Assembly (NCBI GenBank): GCA_964247135.1
Contig: CAXTTL010000002.1
Span: forward strand, 1-64,000
DNA from: an uncultured Deinococcales bacterium
Lineage (GTDB): Bacteria > Deinococcota > Deinococci > Deinococcales > JAAFIG01
Reading direction: 5' to 3'
Length of the DNA: 64,000 nt
Below the pieces are notes generated by a model that saw only the letters and a list, made by a program, of their open reading frames with translations, did not search any database and was not told the DNA's origin. The position numbers and the translations under genes are program-made. Shown here one piece after another: positions 1 to 9,109 of this stretch (positions are counted from its first letter, which is position 1; every line of letters starts with the position of its first letter).

Positions 1-628
1 CAACCGCTTGCGGTTTGACCTCGAGTTCAAAACTGGTGGTCGTGCCGTAACTGGTTTTCCACTCGGCTCGTTCGATTCCTCGGGTGCTTAGCTCAAACCG
101 AATGTTGGAATTCGTGAGCTTGTACGCACTGCGGAACTCGAGGTCAAACCGCAAGCGGTTGTTCAAACGGTCTGGCTCGAGCGATGTGTACTTCCAAGAA
201 AAGCCTAAGTTTTTCAAGCTCAGAACGCCTCGGGTTTTGGCATAGCTCGCCAGTCCACTGCCTGCTTGTACACTTTCGTTCGGCAATGGAAAACCAGGCT
301 CGAGCCTCGCATTTCCACCCGTCGAACTGCTGTTGGTGATGCGCGGCGGAAAACTGCTGAAATCCAACCAGTACATTTGCACGCCGCCACTTTTCGGGTC
401 GTTCGGGTTTTTTAACAAATGCACCTCGAGTTTAGAATGCTTGGCGTCAATCGGTTTGGATTGCATGGTAATGCGTCCGTCATACACCGACCCCAGCCCT
501 TCACGGTGCGCGTGATACGACCAAGTGTGAGGCTCGAGGTACGGGGCATACATGGTTTGGGTTGTTGGCTGGGCGCAGGCGGTCAGGATTCCAAAACCAA
601 GATAGAGGAGATGTTGCAGGCGGATCAC
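1..628 (-). CDS. Hypothetical lipoprotein, 3'-truncated at window edge (not in ORF track)
   Basis: Manual translation from GTG at 628 gives MIRLQHLLYLGFGILTACAQPTTQTMYAPYLEPH..., open to position 1. It has a lipobox (LTAC), and TAAACT lies 6 nt upstream of the start. Confidence 0.75.
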   Translation of the reverse strand, partial: MIRLQHLLYLGFGILTACAQPTTQTMYAPYLEPHTWSYHAHREGLGSVYDGRITMQSKPIDAKHSKLEVHLLKNPNDPKSGGVQMYWLDFSSFPPRITNSSSTGGNARLEPGFPLPNESVQAGSGLASYAKTRGVLSLKNLGFSWKYTSLEPDRLNNRLRFDLEFRSAYKLTNSNIRFELSTRGIERAEWKTSYGTTTSFELEVKPQAV

Positions 629-855
629 GACTCGAGTTTAAGCGCGAACGGTCTGGTTTTTTGTGTGCTTTCTCGAGATGCCTATACAGCTTTTTCGTAT
701 TTTTATGCGGTACTCGAGCAATCCTTAACTTTAAGAATTCGCGTTCTGCAATCCCTGACATGATTTCTCGAGAAACTTGTACTCGGTTCAGTATGCGCCA
801 AAAAGTTCTCTAAAAAGCTGTGATTTTTGGGCTTTAAGATTTAGAATTATGGTCT

Positions 856-1986
856 ATGGCAAAAAATAGCCGTACCACTTCTAAACAGGACGCAACCTTC
901 AAAGGCAGCGTCACTGAAACGTTGGAACTCAAGCCTTTTCAAATCCTCGCGCCCGACGGCAAACCCGTCCGTGAAGATTTGATCCCTGACCTCGAGTTGG
1001 TCGAGACTTTGTACCGAAAGATGGCGCAATTGCGTTACCTGGACGATAAATTCTTTACTTTGGCAAAATCAGCCAGACTCGGGACGTATGCGCAATTTGG
1101 AGGACAGGAAGCCAGTCAGGTTGGTTCGGCATTCGCGCTCGAGCGCTCCGATTATCTCGCCCCGATGTACCGCAACACGGCAGCCATGATCACCCACGGC
1201 TGGCCCACCAAAAACGCCATCATGTACTGGCGTGGACACCCCGAAGGTTGGCGTTTGCCCGACAACCTCAACATTCTGCCGATCATCATTTCGATCCCTG
1301 GGCAGTACGTTCACGGTGCGGGTGCGGCACTGGGCGCCAAGCTCAAAGGCACGAATCAAATTGCCATGACTTACATCGGTGAGGGCGGCACGTCGCAAGG
1401 CGATTTTCACATTGCCGTGAACTTTGCCAGCGCCACCAATGCGCCGTGCGTGTTCATCATCGAGAACAACGGTTGGGCGATCAGCGTCCCTCGAGCGGTG
1501 CAATCCAAAGTCGATTACCTGATGCGCCGCGCCGAAGGGTACGGCATCCCTGGTTATCTGGTGGACGGCAACGACGTGCTGGCAGTCCATCACACCGCCA
1601 AACAAGCCGTGGACGACGCTCGAGCGGGCAAAGGTCCAAGCCTGATCGAACAGATGACCTACCGCATTCGTCCGCACACCACGGGTGACGAAACCAAAGC
1701 CTACCGCACCGAAGACGAAGCCAACGATTGGATTGCCCACCGCGACCCAATCAGTCGCGTCAAAAAATTCTTGGAACTCGAGAAACGCTGGAACGATGAC
1801 CGCGAGGTTGCCATGATTGCCGAAATCGAATCCGAATTTGCCGAAGCGCTCGCCGCCGCCGATGCCGCCCCAGCGCCAGACCCTCGAGCCATCCTCGAGT
1901 ACGCAATGGTCAACCCTGGGCAAAATTTAATCGCCCAACAAGCCGAACTCGAGCGTCGCATTGCCGCATTTGGAGGCGCACAATGA
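856..1986 (+). CDS. pdhA: 2-oxoacid (pyruvate or branched-chain) dehydrogenase E1 alpha subunit
   Basis: GQEA motif, TPP-binding GEGGTSQGDFH...NNGWAIS, and YRIRPHTTGD loop. First gene of an E1a-E1b-E2 cluster. Substrate specificity cannot be resolved from sequence. Confidence 0.9.
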   Translation: MAKNSRTTSKQDATFKGSVTETLELKPFQILAPDGKPVREDLIPDLELVETLYRKMAQLRYLDDKFFTLAKSARLGTYAQFGGQEASQVGSAFALERSDYLAPMYRNTAAMITHGWPTKNAIMYWRGHPEGWRLPDNLNILPIIISIPGQYVHGAGAALGAKLKGTNQIAMTYIGEGGTSQGDFHIAVNFASATNAPCVFIIENNGWAISVPRAVQSKVDYLMRRAEGYGIPGYLVDGNDVLAVHHTAKQAVDDARAGKGPSLIEQMTYRIRPHTTGDETKAYRTEDEANDWIAHRDPISRVKKFLELEKRWNDDREVAMIAEIESEFAEALAAADAAPAPDPRAILEYAMVNPGQNLIAQQAELERRIAAFGGAQ

Positions 1987-3005
1987 CCCAAATTGTCGAA
2001 CGCCCTGTCGAGGGCGAAACCAAACCCATGACGATGGCAGCCGCCATCACCGACGCGCTCGATCTGGCATTGCAACACGACCCGAGCGTGGTCATGTACG
2101 GCGAAGACGTTGGCAATCTCGGTGGCGTGTACCGCATCACGACTGGTTTGCAAAAAAAGCATGGCATTGAACGCGTGTTTGACTGCCCCCTGACCGAATC
2201 TGGCATTGTCGGTACTGCTGTCGGCATGGCAGCCGTTGGAATGCGCCCAGTGGTCGAATTGCAATTTGGTGGTTTCATGATGCCCGCGATGGATCAAATT
2301 TACAGCCACGTCTCGAGATTCCGTTACCGCAGCCGTGGGCGTTGGAAGACCCCGCTCGTCGTGCGATTCCCTGTTGGTGGCGGCTTGGGGTTGCTCGAGC
2401 AACACGCCGACAGTCCAGAGACCTATCTGGCGCACACCCCAGGCATCAAGGTGGCGTACCCAAGCAATCCTTACGATGCCAAAGGCTTGCTTTTAAGTGC
2501 CATCGAAGATGACGACCCAGTGTTCTTTTTTGAAACCATCAAAAATTACCGCGATCCAAAACTGCGCATGGAAGTCCCAACGGGTTATTACAAAATCCCA
2601 CTCGGCAAAGCTCGAGTGGCGCGTGAGGGCGCGGACGTGACCCTGATTACTTGGGGTGGCATGGTTCAGCAATGCGAAACCGCCGCCGCCGCCGCTGCCG
2701 AATCGGGCATTCAATGCGAAATCATTGATTTGCGCACCATCAGCCCGATTGACCTCGAGACGATCCTCGAGAGTGTCGAAAAAACGGGTCGCGTGGTGAT
2801 CGTTCACGAAGCCAATTTGACCGGAGGCATGGGCGCAGAAATCTCCGCGCTGATCGCCCAACATGCCCTTTACAGCCTCGAGGCTCCGATTGAACGTGTG
2901 GCAGGGTTTGACACCATGCCAAGCCCGTTCAACAGCCTCAACCACTTCTCGAGACCCGAAGCGATTCACATTGCCGATGCGATTCGCAAAGTGCTCAGCG
3001 CCTAA
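1983..3005 (+). CDS. pdhB: 2-oxoacid dehydrogenase E1 beta subunit
   Basis: GEDVGNLGGVYRIT, DCPLTESGIVG and IDLRTISPID motifs; ATGA overlap with E1a. Confidence 0.92.
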   Translation: MTQIVERPVEGETKPMTMAAAITDALDLALQHDPSVVMYGEDVGNLGGVYRITTGLQKKHGIERVFDCPLTESGIVGTAVGMAAVGMRPVVELQFGGFMMPAMDQIYSHVSRFRYRSRGRWKTPLVVRFPVGGGLGLLEQHADSPETYLAHTPGIKVAYPSNPYDAKGLLLSAIEDDDPVFFFETIKNYRDPKLRMEVPTGYYKIPLGKARVAREGADVTLITWGGMVQQCETAAAAAAESGIQCEIIDLRTISPIDLETILESVEKTGRVVIVHEANLTGGMGAEISALIAQHALYSLEAPIERVAGFDTMPSPFNSLNHFSRPEAIHIADAIRKVLSA

Positions 3006-3148
3006 ACAAATTCTTGCGTGGGGGCGCATGGCGACCATGCCCGTAGCGATCCCGCCCGAAGGTGCGTCTTGGGATCAAGAAGGTGCATTTTATGGTCAAG
3101 AAGACATGCGCCTCACAAGACATAGACTTAATTCCTGGAGGAAACCCA

Positions 3149-4558
3149 ATGCCCAAAGAAATGCTGATGCCAACCATGGCAGAATCCATCGTCGAGGTGG
3201 AAATTTTAAAATGGCTCGTAAATGAGGGTGACGACGTTAAAGAAGGTCAGATGGTGGCGGAAGTCATGACCGATAAAGTCACGACCGAAATCCCAGCGCC
3301 GTTCTCGGGGAAGCTCGAGAAAATTCTGGCAAAAGAGGGTTCAGTGGTTGGCGTTCGTGCGCCAATTGCGCAATTCGCAGGTGAGGGCGACGCTCCAGCC
3401 GCGAGTGCACCAGTTGCCACCGCGCCCGTTGCCGCCAGTACGTCAGCAACGCCCCCAGCCGTCAAACTTGGCGCAGACGATCAAAGCGCCACCGCCAGTG
3501 CGACCAACAGCATGTTCGGGGTTAACACCGTCGAAGCCAAACTGGACTTTGGTGGCGTCAAAAAAGGCGGTAACTCGAGCACCGCCGTTGCCGCAGGCAC
3601 CAACAAATTCGGGCGACCCCTGGCAGTTCCAGCCGCTCGAGCTTTAGCTCGAGAGAACGACATTGACATTGCGACCGTGCCTGGCAGCGGACCGAACGGA
3701 CGTGTCGGCATAGATGACATGCGCGGTTTTCTCGCCGCAGGGGGCAGCGCCGCACCAGCCGCCGCCGTCAGCACCCTAGCCAAAGCCGCCCCCTCGAGCA
3801 GCGGCGGTCTGAACGTTGCCGCGCCCGTGTACAAAACCCCCAAAGGGTACGAGCACCTCGAGACGCGCACACCATTGCGCGGGTTGCGCCGTGCGATCTC
3901 GAACGCCATGCAAGCCTCGCATTTGTACACCGTGCGCACCCTGACCATCGACGAGGTGGACATGACTGCGTTGGTGGCGTTGCGTACCCGTTTGAAACCA
4001 GCCGCCGAAAAAGCGGGCATCAAACTGACTTACTTGCCATTTATTTTCAAAGCCGCCACCACCGCGTTAAAAGCCTTCCCAAACCTCAACTCGAGCTTTG
4101 ACGAAGCCACCCAAGAGATCGTTCACAAACAGTATTACAACCTCGGTTGCGCTGTGGACACCGAAGCGGGTTTGATCGTGCCCGTGGTCAAAGACGTGGA
4201 TCGCAAAAGCATCACCGAAATCGCTCGAGAGATCAGCGAGCTTGCCAGCAAAACCCGTGAAGGCAAAGCCAGCCCCGAAAGTCTTTCAGGCTCGAGCTTC
4301 AGCGTCACCAACATGGGGTCGGCGGGTAGCTTGTTAAGCTTCCCGATCATCAACGTGCCCGATGCCGCGATTCTTGGGGTGCAAACCATTCAAGAACGTG
4401 CCGTCGTGCGTGATGGGCAGATCGTGATTCGTTCGATGATGTACTTGTCTTTAAGCTTCGACCACCGCTTGGTAGACGGCGCAGAAGCTGCCAGGTTCTT
4501 GCGTCATATTTCCAACCTCCTCGAGAGTCCAGATTTACTGTTGCTCCAAGCAATTTAA
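3149..4558 (+). CDS. pdhC: Dihydrolipoamide acyltransferase E2 (one lipoyl domain)
   Basis: Lipoyl motif EVMTDKV, E3-binding domain ([10 protein letters not shown]), catalytic [16 protein letters not shown] precedes ATG 3149, so the longer ORF-track start is not used. Confidence 0.92.
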   Translation: MPKEMLMPTMAESIVEVEILKWLVNEGDDVKEGQMVAEVMTDKVTTEIPAPFSGKLEKILAKEGSVVGVRAPIAQFAGEGDAPAASAPVATAPVAASTSATPPAVKLGADDQSATASATNSMFGVNTVEAKLDFGGVKKGGNSSTAVAAGTNKFGRPLAVPAARALARENDIDIATVPGSGPNGRVGIDDMRGFLAAGGSAAPAAAVSTLAKAAPSSSGGLNVAAPVYKTPKGYEHLETRTPLRGLRRAISNAMQASHLYTVRTLTIDEVDMTALVALRTRLKPAAEKAGIKLTYLPFIFKAATTALKAFPNLNSSFDEATQEIVHKQYYNLGCAVDTEAGLIVPVVKDVDRKSITEIAREISELASKTREGKASPESLSGSSFSVTNMGSAGSLLSFPIINVPDAAILGVQTIQERAVVRDGQIVIRSMMYLSLSFDHRLVDGAEAARFLRHISNLLESPDLLLLQAI

Positions 4559-4570
4559 GGTTTTAAAAGG

Positions 4571-4602
4571 AAGCTCGAGGTTTTTAAGCCTCGAGCTTTT
4601 TC
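4571..4602 (+). terminator. Intrinsic terminator after E2
   Basis: AAGCTCGAGG-N8-CCTCGAGCTT stem followed by a T-run. Confidence 0.7.
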
Positions 4603-4628
4603 ATGACTTGAACGTTTAGGATAAAGCC

Positions 4629-5456
4629 ATGAACACCCACATTCACAAAATCGGTAACCTTGAGTTGATCGTTATTCAAGTTCAAGAACAGCGGCTTGCC
4701 CCATCCCTCGAGATGTTTCCAACTGCGACGCCTGAGCTTCTCGAAGTGGCTCGAGAAGCTCAACCACAGTTTTTCGGTGAAACTGGAAATGATTTGTTGT
4801 TCACCCAAAACATCTGTCTAATCCGCTCGAGCGACCAGCTTATTTTGATCGACACGGGTTTACCGCTCGAGTCTGAAATCTCACCACTGCTCGAGGGTTT
4901 GAAAGCGGTTGGCATTGCGCCCGAGGATGTCAACATCGTGTTTTTCACCCACCGCGACGGCGATCATGTCGGCGGCACTTTTACGCTCGAGGGACAACCT
5001 GTATACCCCACCGCGCGGCACATCATGGCGCGAACCGAATACCAGGATTACGCCAAAGACGAGGCTCGAGCCGAACAATTCCAAAAACTCTTCGCGCCGC
5101 TCGTTCGTAAAAATTTGCTCGAGGTTGTGGCTAACGATGCGGTCATTGCACCAGGCATCAGTTTGGTCTTGATGCCTGGACATCGCTCGGGCACCACCAG
5201 CGTTTTGCTCGAGTCTGAAGGTGAAAAAGCGTTTTTGCTTGCAGATGTGATGCACGCCCCAGTGCAAGTAACGCACCCAGAATGGAGCATCAAATTCGAC
5301 TGGGACAAAGACATTGCCGCCAAAACCCGAACCGCCATGCTCGAGCGTGCCGAAGAAAACCATATTCTGCTGGCAGTGCCTCATGCGCCATTTCCTGGTT
5401 TGGGATTTGTCACTCGAGACGCAGACGGTCAAGCCATTTGGCAAAACGCGGTTTAA
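4629..5456 (+). CDS. MBL-fold metallo-hydrolase
   Basis: LIDTG, THRDGDHVGG (variant of HxHxDH), PGH, ADVMH and a C-terminal H. Confidence 0.85.
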   Translation: MNTHIHKIGNLELIVIQVQEQRLAPSLEMFPTATPELLEVAREAQPQFFGETGNDLLFTQNICLIRSSDQLILIDTGLPLESEISPLLEGLKAVGIAPEDVNIVFFTHRDGDHVGGTFTLEGQPVYPTARHIMARTEYQDYAKDEARAEQFQKLFAPLVRKNLLEVVANDAVIAPGISLVLMPGHRSGTTSVLLESEGEKAFLLADVMHAPVQVTHPEWSIKFDWDKDIAAKTRTAMLERAEENHILLAVPHAPFPGLGFVTRDADGQAIWQNAV

Positions 5457-5803
5457 GCCTCGCCCATGTCGTCATGGTGTGCGTCCGCATCTCGAGCTTC
5501 CCAACCGCCCAGAATATGAACGTGGGTGTGAAAAACGATTTGCCCAGCGCCAGCGCCAACATTGACCGCCAAACGGTAATCGGTCAAATTCAGGCTCTCT
5601 TGAGCCACTTTTGAAGCCGTAAAAAACAATTCTCCCATCTCGAGTTGGGACATTTCGTCCAATCGACTCGAGACTTTTTTCGGCACGACCAGCACATGCA
5701 CTGGGGCTTTGGGGTTAATGTCCTTGAAGGCAATGAACGCATCGTTTTCAAATACGATGCTGCTGGGAATTTCTCGAGCGATGATTTTCTCAAAAATGGT
5801 CAT
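5453..5803 (-). CDS. HIT family nucleotide-binding protein (HinT-like)
   Basis: IFEKII, DINPKAPVHVLVVPK, and histidine triad GQIVFHTHVHILGG. Confidence 0.92.
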   Translation of the reverse strand: MTIFEKIIAREIPSSIVFENDAFIAFKDINPKAPVHVLVVPKKVSSRLDEMSQLEMGELFFTASKVAQESLNLTDYRLAVNVGAGAGQIVFHTHVHILGGWEARDADAHHDDMGEA

Positions 5804-5811
5804 GGTTTAGT

Positions 5812-6330
5812 TTACCCAATTTCAAGATTCGCCTCGAATTTGCCCTGATAAATCGCTTCCATATTCGCATCAAATGCCACCAAAATCACACGGTCAAAAC
5901 TGTTTGGGTGTTGCTCGAGAAACGCCCGAATGCTGGCAATGGCGATCACGGCGGCAAGTTCGGCGGGAAAACCGTAAATGCCTGTGCTGATGGCTGGGAA
6001 AGCAATCGAACGCAAACCTTTTGAAACCGCCAACGCTAGCGAATTCAGGTAGCATTTCTCGAGCAATAATTTTTCTGAAGCGTGACCGTCCTGCCAAACT
6101 GGACCAACGGTATGAATGATGTGCTTGGCAGGCAGCTTGTAGCCTTTGGTGATTTTGGCTTGACCCGTTTTGCAACCGCCCAGCATTCGGCATTCAAACT
6201 CGAGTTCCTTGCCTGCGGCTCGGTGAATCGCGCCGTCCACACCACCGCCGCCCAACAAGCTCGAGTTGGCGGCATTCACAATGGCGTCCACCTCGAGTTT
6301 GGTGATATCACCGCGCAAGACTTCAAGCAT
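5812..6330 (-). CDS. Macrodomain O-acetyl-ADP-ribose deacetylase (YmdB-like)
   Basis: [31 protein letters not shown] and [12 protein letters not shown]. Start may be 6330 or 6342. Confidence 0.92.
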   Translation of the reverse strand: MLEVLRGDITKLEVDAIVNAANSSLLGGGGVDGAIHRAAGKELEFECRMLGGCKTGQAKITKGYKLPAKHIIHTVGPVWQDGHASEKLLLEKCYLNSLALAVSKGLRSIAFPAISTGIYGFPAELAAVIAIASIRAFLEQHPNSFDRVILVAFDANMEAIYQGKFEANLEIG

Positions 6331-6925
6331 ATTTAACTTCAATATTTTGCGTTTTGCTCAGGTCGGTCAGGCATTGCCGCAGCATTCGAGCATCAAAATT
6401 CAATCGTTGCTCGAGTTTGTCCCAGTTTAAGAATTGAATACGGGTTGGGATTTCAACCAGATTGGTGATCGCATCCCAGAAGGCGCCCCAGTTGTGAGGG
6501 TAGAATTCTGGGAAATCCAGTCGTTCGCGCAGTAAAATATGCAAGGCTCGAGTTGTTTGAATTTCGCCCACGTCAATTTCAATGCCAGCGTGGGTGCGCG
6601 CAAAAGTCGGCGTGGTTTCCTCGAGGTTTGATCTTGGGTGCTCGCAAGGGAAATCTTTTTCGACAAAAAACCGTATTCCATTAGCCTCAAAATACACGCC
6701 CTCTCGAGTTGGCTCGGACAACAACAGGGCATCTGTGTTTGAAAGCTTTAGAACCACAATCCCATCTCGAGATTCCAGCTTGGTCTGCTCACCAGCCTCC
6801 AGCACAAATTTCCAACCGTCAGGAACACCAAACCCAAGCTCGAGTGTTTCACGGTTGGCAATACGCTCGAGTTCGTTTGGCGTGATCCGAACCCGCAGGC
6901 TTGAGGTGGTAAAACGAATTTTCAC
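6323..6925 (-). CDS. Fusion protein: N-terminal DUF7009-like domain plus C-terminal barstar-like domain
   Basis: The N-terminal [15 protein letters not shown]...VEKDFPC resembles a small uncharacterised family (from recollection). The C-terminal [26 protein letters not shown] matches the barstar motif FP.yYG.N.DA.WD.l. Confidence 0.7.
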   Translation of the reverse strand: MKIRFTTSSLRVRITPNELERIANRETLELGFGVPDGWKFVLEAGEQTKLESRDGIVVLKLSNTDALLLSEPTREGVYFEANGIRFFVEKDFPCEHPRSNLEETTPTFARTHAGIEIDVGEIQTTRALHILLRERLDFPEFYPHNWGAFWDAITNLVEIPTRIQFLNWDKLEQRLNFDARMLRQCLTDLSKTQNIEVKYA

Positions 6926-6953
6926 AGGCTTATTTTAGCGCAAGGAAATGAAA

Positions 6954-6991
6954 GAGGACGGGCGTGAACCCGTCCTCGAGATTGCGTTTTT
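6954..6991. terminator. Hairpin downstream of pilC (likely terminator)
   Basis: GAGGACGGG-CGTGAA-CCCGTCCTC perfect 9-bp stem. Confidence 0.6.
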
Positions 6992-6994
6992 GGA

Positions 6995-7053
6995 TTACTT
7001 CGAGAGTGATGTGTTGTTTACTTCGAGAGTGATGTGTTGTTTACTTCGAGAGT
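6995..7053. repeat. 23-bp tandem repeat (2.6 copies) spanning the pilC stop codon
   Basis: TTACTTCGAGAGTGATGTGTTGT at 6995 and 7018, with a partial copy at 7041. Confidence 0.9.
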
Positions 7054-8267
7054 TGACCGATGATCGAGAACATTGGTAAGAACATGCCAGCCACAATCGT
7101 ACCCACGATGACACCAAGGAACATGATCATCAGCGGCTCGAGTGCGGCGGTCAGTTGATCGACGGCTTCATCGACTTCGCGTTCATAATAATCGGCGACT
7201 TTGTCGAGCATGGCGTCCAAACCACCGGTTTCTTCGCCAATCGCAATCATCGAGACGACCATTGGTGGAAAGACCGGCGACGCGCCGAGCGGTTGTGAAA
7301 TTTGCTCGCCTTGTTGCACGGCGTTTTTGGCGTTTTCAATGGCTTCTTCGATCACGGCATTGCCGGCGGTGCCCTTGGTGATCTCGAGGGTCTCAATGAT
7401 ATTCACGCCGCTCGCCAGCAACAGCGAGAAGGTTCTGGCGAACGATGCCATGCCGGCTTTTGAGAGAAGGTTGCCGAAAACTGGGATTTTGAGTTTGAAC
7501 GCATCGAGGTTGTAACGCCCTTGTTTGGTGCGGTTGTAGGCATTGTAAGCAAGGATTGAGCCGACGATGCTGACGACCATGATGCCGCCGCCCCACCAGC
7601 TTTGTAAAAATGCAGAGATCGCCAAAAGCATTTTGGTGATAAAAGGTAGTTCGCCGCCAAGTTGGGTGAGAATATTACCGAACTGCGGTACGATGGTGGT
7701 CAACAAGAAATACGTGATACCGAGCGCAAAAACCAAAACGATCACGGGGTAGGTCAGGGCGCTGCGAATTTTACCGCGCAATGCCAATTCTTTTTCTTGA
7801 AAGATGGCAACACGGTCAAGAACCGTATCGAGCGTACCCGAGATTTCACCGGCACGTACCAAATTCAGGAACAAACGGCTGAAAACCTTCGGGTATTTGG
7901 AAATGGCATCCGAGAACGGCACACCGCCTTCAACGTCGGTTCGGACGCTCTTTAAAATCTTCCTCATGCCAGCGTCTTCGACTTGCTTGCCCAGAATCGC
8001 CAGCGATTGCACCAGTGGCAAACCGGCGTCGATCATGGTGGCGAGTTGTCTCGAGAACAACGAAACGGCTTTTAAGCTGGGTGTTCCGTCGCCCAGCCCA
8101 GGGATTTTGATGTCGGCGTTTAAGCCCGACTTTGGTGGTTGGATCGCCACAATAAACAAGTTTTTTTCGCGCAGCACATCGCGCACTTGTTTTGCATCAT
8201 CGGCTTCCATTGAAGACGAAATGACTTTGCCTGCCGCATCCCGAACTTTATAGGTAAACGTCGCCAT
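7041..8267 (-). CDS. pilC: Type IV pilus inner-membrane platform protein PilC (GspF family)
   Basis: MATFTYKVRD start, FSRQLATMIDAGLPL, AGEISGTLD, GEETGGLDAML and LEPLMI. TATACT lies 7 nt before ATG 8267. Confidence 0.93.
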   Translation of the reverse strand: MATFTYKVRDAAGKVISSSMEADDAKQVRDVLREKNLFIVAIQPPKSGLNADIKIPGLGDGTPSLKAVSLFSRQLATMIDAGLPLVQSLAILGKQVEDAGMRKILKSVRTDVEGGVPFSDAISKYPKVFSRLFLNLVRAGEISGTLDTVLDRVAIFQEKELALRGKIRSALTYPVIVLVFALGITYFLLTTIVPQFGNILTQLGGELPFITKMLLAISAFLQSWWGGGIMVVSIVGSILAYNAYNRTKQGRYNLDAFKLKIPVFGNLLSKAGMASFARTFSLLLASGVNIIETLEITKGTAGNAVIEEAIENAKNAVQQGEQISQPLGASPVFPPMVVSMIAIGEETGGLDAMLDKVADYYEREVDEAVDQLTAALEPLMIMFLGVIVGTIVAGMFLPMFSIIGQLSK

Positions 8268-8315
8268 ATTGGGTAGTATAAACCTTGATATGGTTTTTGA
8301 CAGGGAATTTTTCAC

Positions 8316-8942
8316 GTGAGCCAACCAGCAGACGTAGAGCTTGTTCAAGATGGGGCGCTCGAGCTTCCCGAACTCGCCTTGATGCCTTCAGGCAATGTTA
8401 TTCCCGCCGAGGCAAGCTTGCTCGAGACGCTTTCGGCGGCGCTGCTGGCGGCGGGGCGTCCGGTCAAGCCCAAAGAGATTGCCAGTCTTTTGGGCGTCCC
8501 CGTCGAATCTTCGCACCGTTTGATTGAAATGCTGCGGCGGCGATTTCAGCAGGCGTGTCTGGGTTTTGAGATCGAAGCCGTGGCGGGCGGCTACCGCTTG
8601 ATCGTCGCGCCAGCCGTGGTGGCGCTGCTCGAGCCGCTGCTGGCCCCACCACCGCTTCCGGCATTGTCGGCGGCGGCGCTCGAGACGCTGGCTATTGTCG
8701 CGTACAAGCAACCGATCACGCGCGGCGAGGTCGAATTGATGCGAGGCTCGAGTGCGGCGAGCACCTTGGATACCTTGCAAGAACGCGAGTTGGTCAAGGT
8801 CGTGGGGCGCAAAGAGGTGATCGGACGTCCGATGCTCTTTGGCACGACCGAAAAGTTTTTGCTCGAGTTTGGACTCTCATCCATTTTGGATTTGCCCGCA
8901 CTCGAGGATGATGAGACGTTGGGAGGTTTCTTGCGTGGTTGA
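8316..8942 (+). CDS. scpB: SMC-Scp complex subunit ScpB
   Basis: LSAAALETLAIVAYKQPITRGEVE and GRPMLFGTTEKFLLEFGL. Confidence 0.92.
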   Translation: MSQPADVELVQDGALELPELALMPSGNVIPAEASLLETLSAALLAAGRPVKPKEIASLLGVPVESSHRLIEMLRRRFQQACLGFEIEAVAGGYRLIVAPAVVALLEPLLAPPPLPALSAAALETLAIVAYKQPITRGEVELMRGSSAASTLDTLQERELVKVVGRKEVIGRPMLFGTTEKFLLEFGLSSILDLPALEDDETLGGFLRG

Positions 8943-9109
8943 AGCTCTAACCTGGTTTGATTTCGATGCGAGGATTGACCGCGCAGCCTGTTCGAGCGGG
9001 TGTTAGGATACTTTTTGTCGATTCGCAAAATGGAGAATGAATTTTTTGGAATCTTGGGATTGAACGCTCGAGATGGCTATGATTTTGACTGAAGTTTTTT
9101 GGAGGATTT

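Noticed and set aside
333-813. Short ORF-track calls in the first 850 nt
   Set aside because: They overlap the better-supported minus-strand lipoprotein gene and the divergent promoter region.
6323-6925. Complete barnase-barstar toxin-antitoxin pair
   Set aside because: No RNase toxin gene is recognisable nearby.
6995-7053. 23-bp repeats as a CRISPR array
   Set aside because: The copies are directly adjacent with no spacers, and there are no cas genes.
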